Shown here: in pieces, positions 27,318 to 37,749 of the stretch | Layout of the letters: every line of letters begins with the position of its first letter | Position numbering within the stretch: position 1 is the first letter of the stretch | Assembly: GCA_964479005.1 (NCBI GenBank) | Contig: CAYZJA010000001.1 | Location: 64,001-128,000, forward strand | Length of the DNA stretch: 64,000 nucleotides | Source: an uncultured Candidatus Saccharibacteria bacterium | Lineage (GTDB): Bacteria; Patescibacteriota; Minisyncoccia; UBA6257 | Reading direction: 5' to 3' | Made by a program: the position numbers and the translations under genes | Notes under the pieces: model-generated | Database searches by the model: none | What the model saw: the letters and a program-made list of their open reading frames with translations, nothing else | Told to the model about the DNA's origin: nothing

Positions 27318-28286
27318 ATGTTTATAATATATAGCTTAATTTTTATAACCTCTTGCGTTGCACTTTATTTTTCAGGCAATTGGCTCATTGATGGGTTAAA
27401 AAGAATTGGTAGATTTTTACGTTGGAGGGAATTTATCATTGCTTTTTTCGTTATGGCTTTTGCAGGGTCTTTGCCAAATCTTTTTGTAGGAATCAGTTCA
27501 GCTCTTCATAAAGTTCCGCAACTCTCTTTTGGTGATATTGTTGGAGGTAATTTAATTGATTTAACATTGGCTGTGGCTTTAGCTGTTTTAATTGGTGGCA
27601 ATGCTATTCCTACCAAGGGCAAGATTTTAGAGAGAAGCGCTCTTTTTACGACTTTTGTCGCCATTTTACCCCTGCTTTTAATATGGGACGGCGTATTGGC
27701 AAGAGGTGATGGATTAATACTACTTTTCGTTTTTGTTTTTTATATCTTTTGGCTCGTTTTAAATAAAGAAAGATTCAGAGAATTTTCCGGAGATGAAGAA
27801 AAACAAATGCCAAGTATTTTAAAAGAATTCAAGGTTTTTATAAAAGATATTGGGTTAATTCTTTTGTCTTTTATTTTGCTTTTATTAGCAGCAGAGGGCA
27901 TGGTACAAAGCGCTAAATTTTTTGCTGTGGCTTTGAATATTTCCTTGCCTATTATTGGGATTTTAATTGTAGGATTAGGTAATACTTTGCCGGAAATTCG
28001 TTTTGCTGTTGCGTCGGCTAAAGCTGGGAAAACAGAAATGATTTTAGGAAATTTAATGGGCGCTGTTATTATGCCTGCTACTTTGGTTTTAGGCACAGTC
28101 GCTTTGATTAGTCCGATTGTAATTCCCAGTTTTACGCCTTTTGCTGTTGCAAGAGTTTTTTTGATAATTTCAGCAGTAACTTTTTATATCTTTACAAGAA
28201 GATATAGAAAGATTACAAAGAAAGAGGCGATAATTCTGCTTTTACTTTATGTTGCTTTTGTCGTAATTGAAATTTTAATAAGATAG
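27318..28286 (+). CDS. Ca2+/cation antiporter (CaCA / YrbG-like Na_Ca_ex family)
   Basis: Two repeats of the alpha-motif (GNLIDLTLAVAL...; GLGNTLPEIRFAVAS...GNLMGAVI). Confidence 0.65.
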   Translation: MFIIYSLIFITSCVALYFSGNWLIDGLKRIGRFLRWREFIIAFFVMAFAGSLPNLFVGISSALHKVPQLSFGDIVGGNLIDLTLAVALAVLIGGNAIPTKGKILERSALFTTFVAILPLLLIWDGVLARGDGLILLFVFVFYIFWLVLNKERFREFSGDEEKQMPSILKEFKVFIKDIGLILLSFILLLLAAEGMVQSAKFFAVALNISLPIIGILIVGLGNTLPEIRFAVASAKAGKTEMILGNLMGAVIMPATLVLGTVALISPIVIPSFTPFAVARVFLIISAVTFYIFTRRYRKITKKEAIILLLLYVAFVVIEILIR

Positions 28287-28411
28287 CTTGACAAAACAAG
28301 GAAAAGGATATATAATCGGGGTAGTTATGGAGAAGATTGAGTTGCACCTTTACATTTTAAAAGATAAAAAAGATTAAAATATAAGAAAGATTAGAATATA
28401 AAAAGGAGGTA

Positions 28412-29002
28412 TTGAAAATGAAAAAGTTATTATTAATACTAATGATGATTGTTTTGGTGGCTTTTGCTTTAATGATCCTTGTTTTTCCTGTAGAGAGTAT
28501 GTATACTGCCCTAGATTCTGAACACGAGATACCTGAAACTATTTTGATAAGTAAATTAGGCATAGAGGTATCATACCAATATTGGTATGATACAAAAGAG
28601 GGTATAATGAAAGTAGAATTTGTAACCTATATAGATGAGGATGATCAAACATCGTGTGCGCAGATTGTTGATGCTGAGGTAGGAGATACCTTCACTGGGA
28701 TTTCCGGAAGAACCTATGTACTACAAGAACAAACAACGCTTACTCAGGCACAAATACAATATCTGACTCATAAGGATATTGTAGTTGTAGGTGAGTGGGT
28801 GCCGGTAGATGAAGCTAGTGATAGTGGAGGAAGTGAAGGTACTAGTAGTATAGGTATTTCTACTCTGGGGCCATATTATTTTATAGAAGGTGGCGTCACA
28901 TATAAATATTATATAGGATACATTCCGCCTCCACCTCCTATTACTGAAGTTGATGAAGCTGTCGATGGAGGATGGATTGTAACATACTTTCAGCAGAATT
29001 AA
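28412..29002 (+). CDS. secreted hypothetical protein (signal peptide)
   Basis: N-terminal hydrophobic signal. Has an SD-like GGAGGT upstream. Confidence 0.4.
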   Translation: MKMKKLLLILMMIVLVAFALMILVFPVESMYTALDSEHEIPETILISKLGIEVSYQYWYDTKEGIMKVEFVTYIDEDDQTSCAQIVDAEVGDTFTGISGRTYVLQEQTTLTQAQIQYLTHKDIVVVGEWVPVDEASDSGGSEGTSSIGISTLGPYYFIEGGVTYKYYIGYIPPPPPITEVDEAVDGGWIVTYFQQN

Positions 29003-29297
29003 AATGAAGATGAATGAAGATAAAATTGTCAACTTTTCAATATATAAAGAGGCGTTTGGTTTAGAACTGAACGTCTTTTTCATTAACAAGGACTAGCTTT
29101 ACTAAATTTATGCCTTTGGCATTTGTCCTTATTTGGTGTGGGGGTTGACAAATTATTTTTCTTTGCTATACTAAAGATGCCGTTGTTTTGAGATATGTAG
29201 CTTGCTATATATCAATGGGCAGCGGCATTTTTTTTTGCGCTTTTTGATGGTATAATAAAATATAGAAATAATTAAAAAAGATAAAGTATTAATTAAT

Positions 29298-29960
29298 ATG
29301 ATTAGTTTAAATCAAGTTAAAAAGAATCCGCAGATATTAGAATTTATCAAACAGTCAGATGAAGCTTTAGCGGCAGTAGGTTATACAGAGCATAGTTTGT
29401 CTCATGCCAAGATTGTTGCTACTCGAGCGAGAACAATTGCTAAAGAACTTGGTTTTTCAAAACAAAAGCAAGAAATAGCAGCTATTGCCGGTTTTTGTCA
29501 TGATATGGGGAATTTTTTAAGCAGAAGCCATCATCATTATTTTGGAGCTTTATTATTCCATCAGACTTTTAATCAGGATTTTACTCCAGAGGAATTAGCA
29601 ATAATCATGAATGCAATTTCCAATCATGATAAAGACGAAATGAATTTTTCCAACATTATTACTGCGATACTTGTTTTAGCTGATAAAACAGATGTGCGCC
29701 GTTCAAGGGTGGTTAATAAAAAACCTAAGAAAATAAAAAAGGATATACATGATAGGGTTAATTTTGCCACAAAAATATCAAGAGTAAGAATTAACAAAAA
29801 GAAAAAATTAATTACTTTAATTCTTAAAATTGATACTGGCTTTGTACCAATAATTGAATACTTTGAAATTTTTACAGATAGAATGGTTTATTGTCGAAAA
29901 GCGGCAAAGTTTTTAGGCTATAAATTTGGTTTAATAATTAATAACTTTAAATTACTTTAA
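29298..29960 (+). CDS. HD-domain phosphohydrolase
   Basis: HSLSHAK...GFCHDMGN (H...HD). Confidence 0.6.
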   Translation: MISLNQVKKNPQILEFIKQSDEALAAVGYTEHSLSHAKIVATRARTIAKELGFSKQKQEIAAIAGFCHDMGNFLSRSHHHYFGALLFHQTFNQDFTPEELAIIMNAISNHDKDEMNFSNIITAILVLADKTDVRRSRVVNKKPKKIKKDIHDRVNFATKISRVRINKKKKLITLILKIDTGFVPIIEYFEIFTDRMVYCRKAAKFLGYKFGLIINNFKLL

Positions 29961-29972
29961 AATTAAAACAAA

Positions 29973-30650
29973 ATGGCAAATTTATTTATTGTTGCCACGC
30001 CGATAGGGAATTTAGAAGATATTTCTTTGCGAGCGCTTCGTATCTTGAAAGAAGTTGATATAATATTATGCGAGGATACGAGAGTAACAAGGAAGTTATT
30101 ATTGCGTTATGATATCAAAACTCCAGTTTTAAGTTATCATCAACATTCGCAATTAAAAAAAGTAAATCATATAGCAGATTTATTAGAAGAAGGAAAGAAC
30201 TTAGCATTAGTTTCTGATTCTGGTACTCCTGGGATTTCTGATCCGGGAAATAAATTAATAGATTTTCTTGTTAAGAAAAATATTAATTTAACAATTATTC
30301 CAATACCTGGCTGTTCAGCTTTAATAACTGCTGCCTCTATTTCCGGTTTTCCAATGGATAGATTCACTTTTTTAGGATTTCCTCCACATAAGAAAAAAAG
30401 AAATAAATTCTTTGAAGAATTATTAAAAATAAAACACCCAGTTGTTTTCTATGAATCACCTCATAGAATTATTAAAACATTAGAAGAGATTGGTAATAAA
30501 TCTCAAAAACTTAATCTTAATTTACAAGTAATCGCTTGTCGGGAATTAACTAAAAAATTTGAGACGATTTACAGAGGAACGATTAATGAAGTGATAAAAA
30601 AGGTAAAAGATGATAAAATAAAAGGAGAATTTACAGTAATAATAAATTAA
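29973..30650 (+). CDS. rsmI: 16S rRNA (cytidine1402-2'-O)-methyltransferase
   Basis: LFIVATPIGNLEDISLRALRIL...ILCEDTR is the tetrapyrrole-methylase-fold RsmI signature. Confidence 0.85.
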   Translation: MANLFIVATPIGNLEDISLRALRILKEVDIILCEDTRVTRKLLLRYDIKTPVLSYHQHSQLKKVNHIADLLEEGKNLALVSDSGTPGISDPGNKLIDFLVKKNINLTIIPIPGCSALITAASISGFPMDRFTFLGFPPHKKKRNKFFEELLKIKHPVVFYESPHRIIKTLEEIGNKSQKLNLNLQVIACRELTKKFETIYRGTINEVIKKVKDDKIKGEFTVIIN

Positions 30651-30654
30651 AATC

Positions 30655-30975
30655 ATGTATAATTTGAAGCAATTATATAAACTTAAGCAAAAAGTAAGGA
30701 CATTAGAGGATGAAAAAAACAGAGTAGAAAGAGATCTGAGAAAGATAACAGTAGGCTATATTATTGCAGCCTTTGGTTTTGTGGCTGGTTTAGCTTGGAG
30801 GGATTTATCCATAGCCTTGGTAGAATATTTATTCCCGATGAGTAAAGACACTATTTTAGCTAAGTTTATTTACGCAATTTTGGTAAGCGTTGCATTAGCT
30901 TTTGCTAGTATCTATGTGCTGAGATTTATAGGTAAAACAAAGAAGAAAAAAGGCCTTGAAGATATACAACGATAG
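30655..30975 (+). CDS. small membrane protein (coiled-coil N-terminus plus 2 TM)
   Basis: ORF with two hydrophobic segments. Confidence 0.35.
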   Translation: MYNLKQLYKLKQKVRTLEDEKNRVERDLRKITVGYIIAAFGFVAGLAWRDLSIALVEYLFPMSKDTILAKFIYAILVSVALAFASIYVLRFIGKTKKKKGLEDIQR

Positions 30976-31000
30976 ATTATTTAAATAGAATTCTATATTT

Positions 31001-31888
31001 ATGGAAAATTTGGTAATAGGAGATGAGTTAGCTAAAAAATTAGCCAGGCAACTGAACTTAGATTTCATTTTAATAGAAGACAGGGTTTTTCCTGATGGTG
31101 AAGTACAGCCCCGTTTAGAAAAAGAGAAAAAAGCTAATAAAGCTATTTTAATTTTTCAGAAAAAACAAAACGAAGACATTAATACTTATTTAATTAAGTA
31201 TTTTTTATTATTAAGAAAGCTAAAAGATCTTGCGCAAGAAATAATATGTATCATGCCTTATTTTCCTTATGCTCGCCAAGATTCTATTTTCCAAGAAGGT
31301 GAATCTCTTTCCTCTTTGTACATTTCTGAATTAATAGAAAAAAATGCAGATGTTTTTATTACATGTAATATGCATGAACATAGAAAAAAAATTGGAGATT
31401 TATTTAAAATTTCAAGCCACAACGTCTTTCTTTTTCAGGATTTGGCAGAAGAATTTGAAGATTTTTCCCCTTCTAATTCAGTGGTTATAGGCCCAGATAA
31501 AGAGTCTGAAGCATTTGTTAATGATTTCTGTAAAAGATTTTCCGCGCAAAAAGTGATTTTTCAGAAAACAAGAGATATTAAGACAGGAAAGATAGATTTT
31601 TCTTATGATAAAAATTGTGACTTCACAAATAAAGATGTTATTATCGTAGACGATATTGTTTCAACTGGCAGAACTATTTTACAAGCGGCCGAGATAGCGA
31701 AAGAACTTAAAGCCAAAACAATTAGCTTTGCCTTTATTCATTCCATATTTGGGGACAAAGCAATAGAACAATTGAGTAAAATAAATCCTAAGAAGATTGT
31801 ATTTACAAATACTTTAGAAAACTCTTGTTTTTCAGTTGATATTACCAAGCCGATAGCAAAATATATTTTAGAAAATAAATTAGTTTAA
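31001..31888 (+). CDS. prs: ribose-phosphate pyrophosphokinase-like protein
   Basis: PYFPYARQD and DDIVSTGRT PRPP-binding loop. Confidence 0.6.
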   Translation: MENLVIGDELAKKLARQLNLDFILIEDRVFPDGEVQPRLEKEKKANKAILIFQKKQNEDINTYLIKYFLLLRKLKDLAQEIICIMPYFPYARQDSIFQEGESLSSLYISELIEKNADVFITCNMHEHRKKIGDLFKISSHNVFLFQDLAEEFEDFSPSNSVVIGPDKESEAFVNDFCKRFSAQKVIFQKTRDIKTGKIDFSYDKNCDFTNKDVIIVDDIVSTGRTILQAAEIAKELKAKTISFAFIHSIFGDKAIEQLSKINPKKIVFTNTLENSCFSVDITKPIAKYILENKLV

Positions 31889-31893
31889 AAAAG

Positions 31894-33429
31894 ATGAAAA
31901 AGAAAAACAATTCTAAAAATTCAAAAACAAACGGTATTTTTTTTCTCAAAGTTAAATATTTAGATATTAAAACAGGGCATCCTTGGATTGTTATTATTAA
32001 TGAAAAAGATGGTCGGCGTTTTGGCATTAGGCCAGGCGATGAATTAGTTGTTAAATGGGAAGAAAAGCAAACAGAAATCGCAGTAGATACTACAGAATCT
32101 TTGGTAAAAAAGGGAGAAATTGGAGTTTTTCGAGATATAACAAACAGGTACAAAATTAAACAAGGGGAATTTTTGGAATTAAAACTCGCAGGCCATGCGC
32201 CTTCTCTTAAAATTATTCACAAAAAGCTAAATAGAAAGAAATTGTCTTATAAGGAAATGCATTCCTTGGTTTCAGATATAGCTAAGCATAGAATTAATGA
32301 TTTAGAATTATCTTTTTTTATTGCTTCTGCTTTTGATGAAAAAAACTTTTCAAAAGAGGAGATTTATTATTTAACCAAAGCTATTAGTGAAACAGGGGAA
32401 ATGATGAAATTTGGAAAAGTTGCGGCTGATAAACATTCTATCGGAGGAATTCCAGGTAATCGCGTAAGCCCCATAATAGTTGCCATTGTGGCAAGTCATG
32501 GAATTACAATCCCAAAGACTTCTTCCAGAGCAATAACTTCCGCAGCAGGGACGGCAGATACAATGGAAGTGTTGGCGCCAGTGAGTTTTTCTTTAGATAA
32601 AATAAAAAAGATTGTTAAAAAAACGAATGCTTGTTTAATTTGGGGAGGGGCTTTAAAATTAGCTCCTGCTGATGATAGGTTTATTAAAATTACTCGTCGA
32701 TTAGGATTAGAACCTTATTCTAAAATGGTTGCTAGTATTATGTCTAAACAAGTAGCCACTGGAATTAATCATTTGGTTATAGATATGCCGATTGGCCCCA
32801 CCGCAAAAATTTCAAGTGTAAAAGATATTCAGTTTGTTAAAAATTTATTCTTGTATTTAGCAAAAAGATTTAATATTAAAATTAAAATTGTTTCTCAAAA
32901 AACGATGGGCCCTATAGGAAAAGGTGTTGGTCCTTGTTTGGAAGCAAGAGATGTATTGAGAGTTTTGCAACAAAAAGAAAACAGGCCAAAAGATTTAGAG
33001 AAAAAGGCCATATTATTATCAGGATATTTATTAGAATTAGTTGGGAAAGCAAAAAAAAGAAATGGGAAAAAATTAGCCGAGGAGAGTTTGCGATCAAAGA
33101 ATGCTTTTAAAAAAATGCAAGAGATTATAAAAGAACAGGGAGGGAATTCAAATATTGATTCTGAAGAGCTTCCTTTGGGTAAAGTCACTTATGAATTGAA
33201 ATCTTCTCAAAATGGTTTAGTTAAGTCTATTCATAATAAAAATCTGAACAAGATTTGTGGATTATTAGGTACGCCTTTGACTCAAGAGGCAGGGATTTAT
33301 TTAAATAAATCTATTGGAGAAAAAGTAAAAAAGAAAGATACTCTTTGTATTTTTTATACTGATAGCGAACAAAGGTTAATTTTAGCTAAGCACGCTTTGC
33401 AAAAATTGGAATTGTATAACATATCATAA
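31894..33429 (+). CDS. AMP phosphorylase / thymidine-phosphorylase-family enzyme (archaeal/CPR type with an N-terminal extra domain)
   Basis: GGIPGNRVSPIIVAIVASHG...TSSRAITSAAGTADTMEVL glycosyl-transferase family 3 core, with about 100 extra N-terminal residues. Confidence 0.6.
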   Translation: MKKKNNSKNSKTNGIFFLKVKYLDIKTGHPWIVIINEKDGRRFGIRPGDELVVKWEEKQTEIAVDTTESLVKKGEIGVFRDITNRYKIKQGEFLELKLAGHAPSLKIIHKKLNRKKLSYKEMHSLVSDIAKHRINDLELSFFIASAFDEKNFSKEEIYYLTKAISETGEMMKFGKVAADKHSIGGIPGNRVSPIIVAIVASHGITIPKTSSRAITSAAGTADTMEVLAPVSFSLDKIKKIVKKTNACLIWGGALKLAPADDRFIKITRRLGLEPYSKMVASIMSKQVATGINHLVIDMPIGPTAKISSVKDIQFVKNLFLYLAKRFNIKIKIVSQKTMGPIGKGVGPCLEARDVLRVLQQKENRPKDLEKKAILLSGYLLELVGKAKKRNGKKLAEESLRSKNAFKKMQEIIKEQGGNSNIDSEELPLGKVTYELKSSQNGLVKSIHNKNLNKICGLLGTPLTQEAGIYLNKSIGEKVKKKDTLCIFYTDSEQRLILAKHALQKLELYNIS

Positions 33430-33448
33430 GGTAGTATAATAATATATA

Positions 33449-33478
33449 GAAGGTCGATAATTTTAAAAAAATAAAAAT
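33449..33478 (+). promoter_or_regulatory. degenerate copy of the conserved upstream motif (gaaggtcgataattttaaaaaaataaaaat)
   Basis: Ends at the ATG at 33479. Confidence 0.3.
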
Positions 33479-33844
33479 ATGATTTGGATACTTTATTTTC
33501 TTGTGGCTGTATGGGGAATTTTTGGGATTCTTATGCTTTTTGCTCCTAGAAAAGCAATAGGTTTAGCCTTAAAGTTTACTCATAGCGGTCCTTATTGGGT
33601 ATGGGGAATAATAGCTCTAATAATTGCTGTTTTGCTTTGGCAGTCTGCGAATTCACTAAGCACTCCTTTACCTATTCAGATTTTAGCAGTTTGGGCAGGT
33701 ATTAAAGGATTATTTACGTTACTTTTGCCAAAAAGCAAAATGAATCGCATGTTAAATTATTTCACTAGTATCTCAGATGTTTTTTTAAGAGTATTTGGTG
33801 TAGTTTTGTTGGTTTTAACTTACTACATCTTCATGCTGATTTAG
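33479..33844 (+). CDS. small membrane protein (4 TM)
   Basis: Hydrophobic ORF. Confidence 0.35.
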   Translation: MIWILYFLVAVWGIFGILMLFAPRKAIGLALKFTHSGPYWVWGIIALIIAVLLWQSANSLSTPLPIQILAVWAGIKGLFTLLLPKSKMNRMLNYFTSISDVFLRVFGVVLLVLTYYIFMLI

Positions 33845-33960
33845 GAAATTAATCATTAATAGAAATAAAGATAGCAGGTATGTTTATCATGCCTGCTATT
33901 GTTTTTAAAAAAGATAAAAGAATGATACAATAAAATAAGTATATTTTAATTATTAAATTT

Positions 33961-34581
33961 ATGTTTGCAGAAGTTCCTTTGATTTTTCAGCTTATAATTC
34001 TTTTATTTTCTGTTGTTGTTCATGAAGTTTCTCATGGATTGGCTGCTTTACGTTTGGGCGACGACACAGCAGAAAAAATGGGACGTTTAACATTAAACCC
34101 ATTAAAACATTTAGATCCGATTGGGTCTGTTCTTGTTCCTTTGATGCTAGTTTTAATGAAATCAGGATTTATATTTGGTTGGGCTAAACCTGTTCCTTAT
34201 AATCCATTGAATCTTAAAATGCCGCGTCGTGATTCAGCTATATTGGCTTTTGCCGGACCAATGTCCAATTTTTGCTTGGCTCTTATTTTTGGATTGATTA
34301 TTAGAATAATAATTATAACTTCTTCGTTTGTATCGCTTTTGCCGTTTTTGATAGTTATAGTAAAGATTAATTTAATTTTAGGTATATTTAATTTACTACC
34401 GATCCCTCCATTAGATGGTTCAAAAATATTATTTTATTTTTTTCCATCCCGTGAATTAGAAATCTTTCTTCACCGATATGGCATCATTGTTTTGTTTCTT
34501 TTTATTATGTTTGCAGGGGCGATTATCTTTCCCATTATTAAGTTATTATTCTTGATTTTAACTGGAATCCCATTGGGCTGA
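33961..34581 (+). CDS. site-2 protease family (M50) zinc metalloprotease
   Basis: VVVHEVSHGLAA HExxH inside a TM helix. Polytopic. Confidence 0.65.
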   Translation: MFAEVPLIFQLIILLFSVVVHEVSHGLAALRLGDDTAEKMGRLTLNPLKHLDPIGSVLVPLMLVLMKSGFIFGWAKPVPYNPLNLKMPRRDSAILAFAGPMSNFCLALIFGLIIRIIIITSSFVSLLPFLIVIVKINLILGIFNLLPIPPLDGSKILFYFFPSRELEIFLHRYGIIVLFLFIMFAGAIIFPIIKLLFLILTGIPLG

Positions 34582-34620
34582 TTGACATAAAATGCCTTAT
34601 TTGCTAAACTATTTTTTGTT

Positions 34621-35034
34621 ATGCCTACTTTACATCAATTAATTAAAAAAGGGAGAAAATCAATTGTGAAGAAGAGCAAATCAGTTGCTCTGTCTTTTTC
34701 TTTTGATACTATAAAAAATAGGCCAAGCAATCATCCATCTTCTTTTAAAAAAGGTGTTTGCTTAAAAGTTTTTACAGCAACTCCAAAAAAGCCAAACTCC
34801 GCTTTACGAAAAGTAGCTAGAGTGAAATTAAGCAATGGCATGGAAGTTACCGCATATATTCCAGGAATAGGGCATAATTTACAGGAGCACTCAATAGTCT
34901 TAGTAAGAGGTGGAAGAGTAAAAGATTTGCCAGGAGTTCGTTATCATGTAGTTCGTGGCAAACATGATATTTCTGGAGTAGATGGAAGAAAACAGCAAAG
35001 AAGTAAATATGGAACAAAAAAAGCAAAAGAATAA
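34621..35034 (+). CDS. rpsL: 30S ribosomal protein S12
   Basis: [11 protein letters not shown]...[18 protein letters not shown]...[28 protein letters not shown]. Confidence 0.95.
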   Translation: MPTLHQLIKKGRKSIVKKSKSVALSFSFDTIKNRPSNHPSSFKKGVCLKVFTATPKKPNSALRKVARVKLSNGMEVTAYIPGIGHNLQEHSIVLVRGGRVKDLPGVRYHVVRGKHDISGVDGRKQQRSKYGTKKAKE

Positions 35035-35043
35035 GCATCTATT

Positions 35044-35511
35044 ATGAGGAGAAAACATAGACAAGAAAAAGAATATGAACCAGATTTAATTTATAAAAGC
35101 GCTTTAGCGACGCGTTTTATTAATTATTTAATGAAAGATGGAAAAAAGTCAGTGGCGCAGAGAGTTCTTTATAACACAATGGAAAATATTAAAAAACAAA
35201 CTAAGCAAGATCCATTGAGTATTTTTGATTTAGCTATTAAAAATGTTTCACCAGAATTAGAAGTTAAAAGCAGAAGAATAGGAGGCGCTAATTATCAAGT
35301 TCCTCAAGCGGTTCCTGAATATAGAAAAACCACATTAGCTTGCCGTTGGATTATTAATATGGCCCGGGCTAAAAAAGGAAAAACAATGGCAGAAAGATTA
35401 GCAGAAGAATTAATTCTGGCTTCGAAAAACGAGGGAGCAGCTATAAAGAAAAAATTAGATATTCATCGTATGGCTGAGGCAAATCGCGCTTTTGCTCGTT
35501 TTCGTTTCTAA
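35044..35511 (+). CDS. rpsG: 30S ribosomal protein S7
   Basis: Conserved S7 sequence. Operon position after rpsL. Confidence 0.9.
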   Translation: MRRKHRQEKEYEPDLIYKSALATRFINYLMKDGKKSVAQRVLYNTMENIKKQTKQDPLSIFDLAIKNVSPELEVKSRRIGGANYQVPQAVPEYRKTTLACRWIINMARAKKGKTMAERLAEELILASKNEGAAIKKKLDIHRMAEANRAFARFRF

Positions 35512-35521
35512 ATTTAATATC

Positions 35522-37630
35522 ATGACTAAAATATATCCTATAGATAAAATAAGGGACATTGGTTTTATAGCTCACATTGACGCTGGTAAGACTACCACTA
35601 CTGAGCGCGTTTTATTTTATACTGGAATATCCCATAAAATAGGAAATATAGATGACGGAGATACTGTGATGGATTGGATGGACCAAGAGAGAGAAAGAGG
35701 CATTACCATTACTTCTGCCGCCACTACTTGTTTTTGGATTCCTTCATATAGAAATCAAGATTCTAATTATGAACATCGAATAAATATTATTGATACTCCA
35801 GGGCATATTGATTTTACTGCTGAAGTGCAGCGATCTTTAAGGGTGCTTGATGGCGCAGTAGTCATTTTTGATGGAGTAGCTGGTGTGGAATCTCAATCTG
35901 AAACAGTTTGGCATCAAGCTGATAAATATAATGTTCCGAGGATGTGTTTTATTAATAAAATGGATAGAATAGGCGCTGATTTTTATAAAGGACTAAAATC
36001 TATTTATGAAAGATTAACTCCAAATGCCCAACCAATTAATATACCTATTGGAGCTGAAGATAAATTTGAAGGGATTGCTGATTTAATTACAATGAAAGCT
36101 GTGTATTTTGAAGGTGAAAAAGGTGAGAATATAATCACAAAAGAAATCCCTTCAGATTTACTGGATAAAGCCAAAGAATATAGAAAATTATTGATAGAAA
36201 AAGTAGTGGAGCAGGACGAAAAATTATTAGGCGAATATTTAGAAGGCAAAGAGCCAACAGAGGAAAAGATAAGAGAGATATTGAGAAAGATTACTATTAA
36301 AGGGGATATAGTTCCTGTTCTTTGCGGCGCTTCTTTTAAAAACAAAGGAGTGCAGCTTCTTATTGACGCGATTGTAGAATATTTGCCTTCTCCTAAAGAT
36401 GTTCCAGCTGTTGAAGGAATTCATCCTAAAACCGGAGAAAAAGTCATTTGTCCTCCAGATGATAAAAAACCTTTTGCTGCTTTGGTATTTAAGGTAGCGA
36501 ATGATCCTTATGTTGGTACATTAAGTTTTTTCCGGGTTTATTCTGGAGTGTTTAAAAAAGGCAATTATGTTCTTAATGCCACTAAATCAAGCCAAGAAAG
36601 GATTGGAAGATTATTGCAAATGCATTCTAATCGCCGTGAAGAATTAGATGTGATACGAGCAGGTGACATAGCGGCTACAGTTGGATTAAAAGATACAGGA
36701 ACAGGTGACACTTTGTGTGATATTAATTCACCTGTCATTTTAGAAAAGATTTTTTTCCCAGAACCTGTTATTTCAATAAAAGTAGAGCCACAGACAAAAT
36801 CTGACCAGGAAAAAATGTCTTTGGTATTAAAAAAATTAGCTGAAGAAGATCCAACTTTTCAAGTAAAAACTGATGAAGAAACTTCAGAAACAATCATATC
36901 GGGAATGGGTGAACTTCATTTGGAAATCTTGGTAGATAGAATGAAAAGAGAGTTTAATCTTAAAGTGGACACTGGAAAGCCTCAAGTGGCTTATAGAGAA
37001 ACAATTAAGAAAATTGTTGAAAGTGAAGGTAAGTATATTCGGCAATCTGGGGGACGCGGCCAATATGGCCATGTTGTATTGAGATTAGAGCCATTAGAAA
37101 GAGGAAAGGGGTTTGAATTTGTTGATAGTATTAAAGGTGGAGATATTCCTAAAGAATTTATTCCTGCAGTACGAAAGGGAATAGAACAAGCTTTGGAAAA
37201 AGGTATTTTAGCGGGTTATCCAATGTCTGATGTAAGAGTTGCGCTTTATGATGGATCTTTCCATGATGTGGATTCTTCAGATTTTGCTTTCAAGATTGCT
37301 GGTTCTATGGCTTTTCAAGATGGAGCAAAAAGAGCTAATCCCGTTCTTTTAGAGCCAATAATGAAATTAGAAGTTGTGGTGCCTGAAAAATTCTTAGGTG
37401 ATGTTGTGGGTGATTTGAGTTCTAAAAGAGGCCTTGTAGAAAGCATGCATGATAGAGGGGTCATGAAAGTAATTGACGCTAAAGTTCCTTTAGCTGAAAT
37501 GTTTGGTTTTGCTACAAAATTACGTTCTATGACTGAAGGCAGAGGTACGTTTACCATGGAGTTCTTCTGCTATAAAGAAGTTCCTTCTAATATAACCGAG
37601 GAGATAATGGGTAAACAGTCTGCGGCTTGA
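35522..37630 (+). CDS. fusA: elongation factor G
   Basis: [22 protein letters not shown], and EF-G domains IV/V. Start placed at the ATG at 35522 (MTKIYPI...). Confidence 0.95.
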   Translation: MTKIYPIDKIRDIGFIAHIDAGKTTTTERVLFYTGISHKIGNIDDGDTVMDWMDQERERGITITSAATTCFWIPSYRNQDSNYEHRINIIDTPGHIDFTAEVQRSLRVLDGAVVIFDGVAGVESQSETVWHQADKYNVPRMCFINKMDRIGADFYKGLKSIYERLTPNAQPINIPIGAEDKFEGIADLITMKAVYFEGEKGENIITKEIPSDLLDKAKEYRKLLIEKVVEQDEKLLGEYLEGKEPTEEKIREILRKITIKGDIVPVLCGASFKNKGVQLLIDAIVEYLPSPKDVPAVEGIHPKTGEKVICPPDDKKPFAALVFKVANDPYVGTLSFFRVYSGVFKKGNYVLNATKSSQERIGRLLQMHSNRREELDVIRAGDIAATVGLKDTGTGDTLCDINSPVILEKIFFPEPVISIKVEPQTKSDQEKMSLVLKKLAEEDPTFQVKTDEETSETIISGMGELHLEILVDRMKREFNLKVDTGKPQVAYRETIKKIVESEGKYIRQSGGRGQYGHVVLRLEPLERGKGFEFVDSIKGGDIPKEFIPAVRKGIEQALEKGILAGYPMSDVRVALYDGSFHDVDSSDFAFKIAGSMAFQDGAKRANPVLLEPIMKLEVVVPEKFLGDVVGDLSSKRGLVESMHDRGVMKVIDAKVPLAEMFGFATKLRSMTEGRGTFTMEFFCYKEVPSNITEEIMGKQSAA

Positions 37631-37749
37631 CAATGAATTAGTTATGCCTTAATATTGTAGATACAAAGGTAATCCGCCATTTACCAGTCAGTGAAGGCGG
37701 AGAAAAATAAAAAAAACAATAAAAATAATAAAAATTAAAATTAAAAAAC

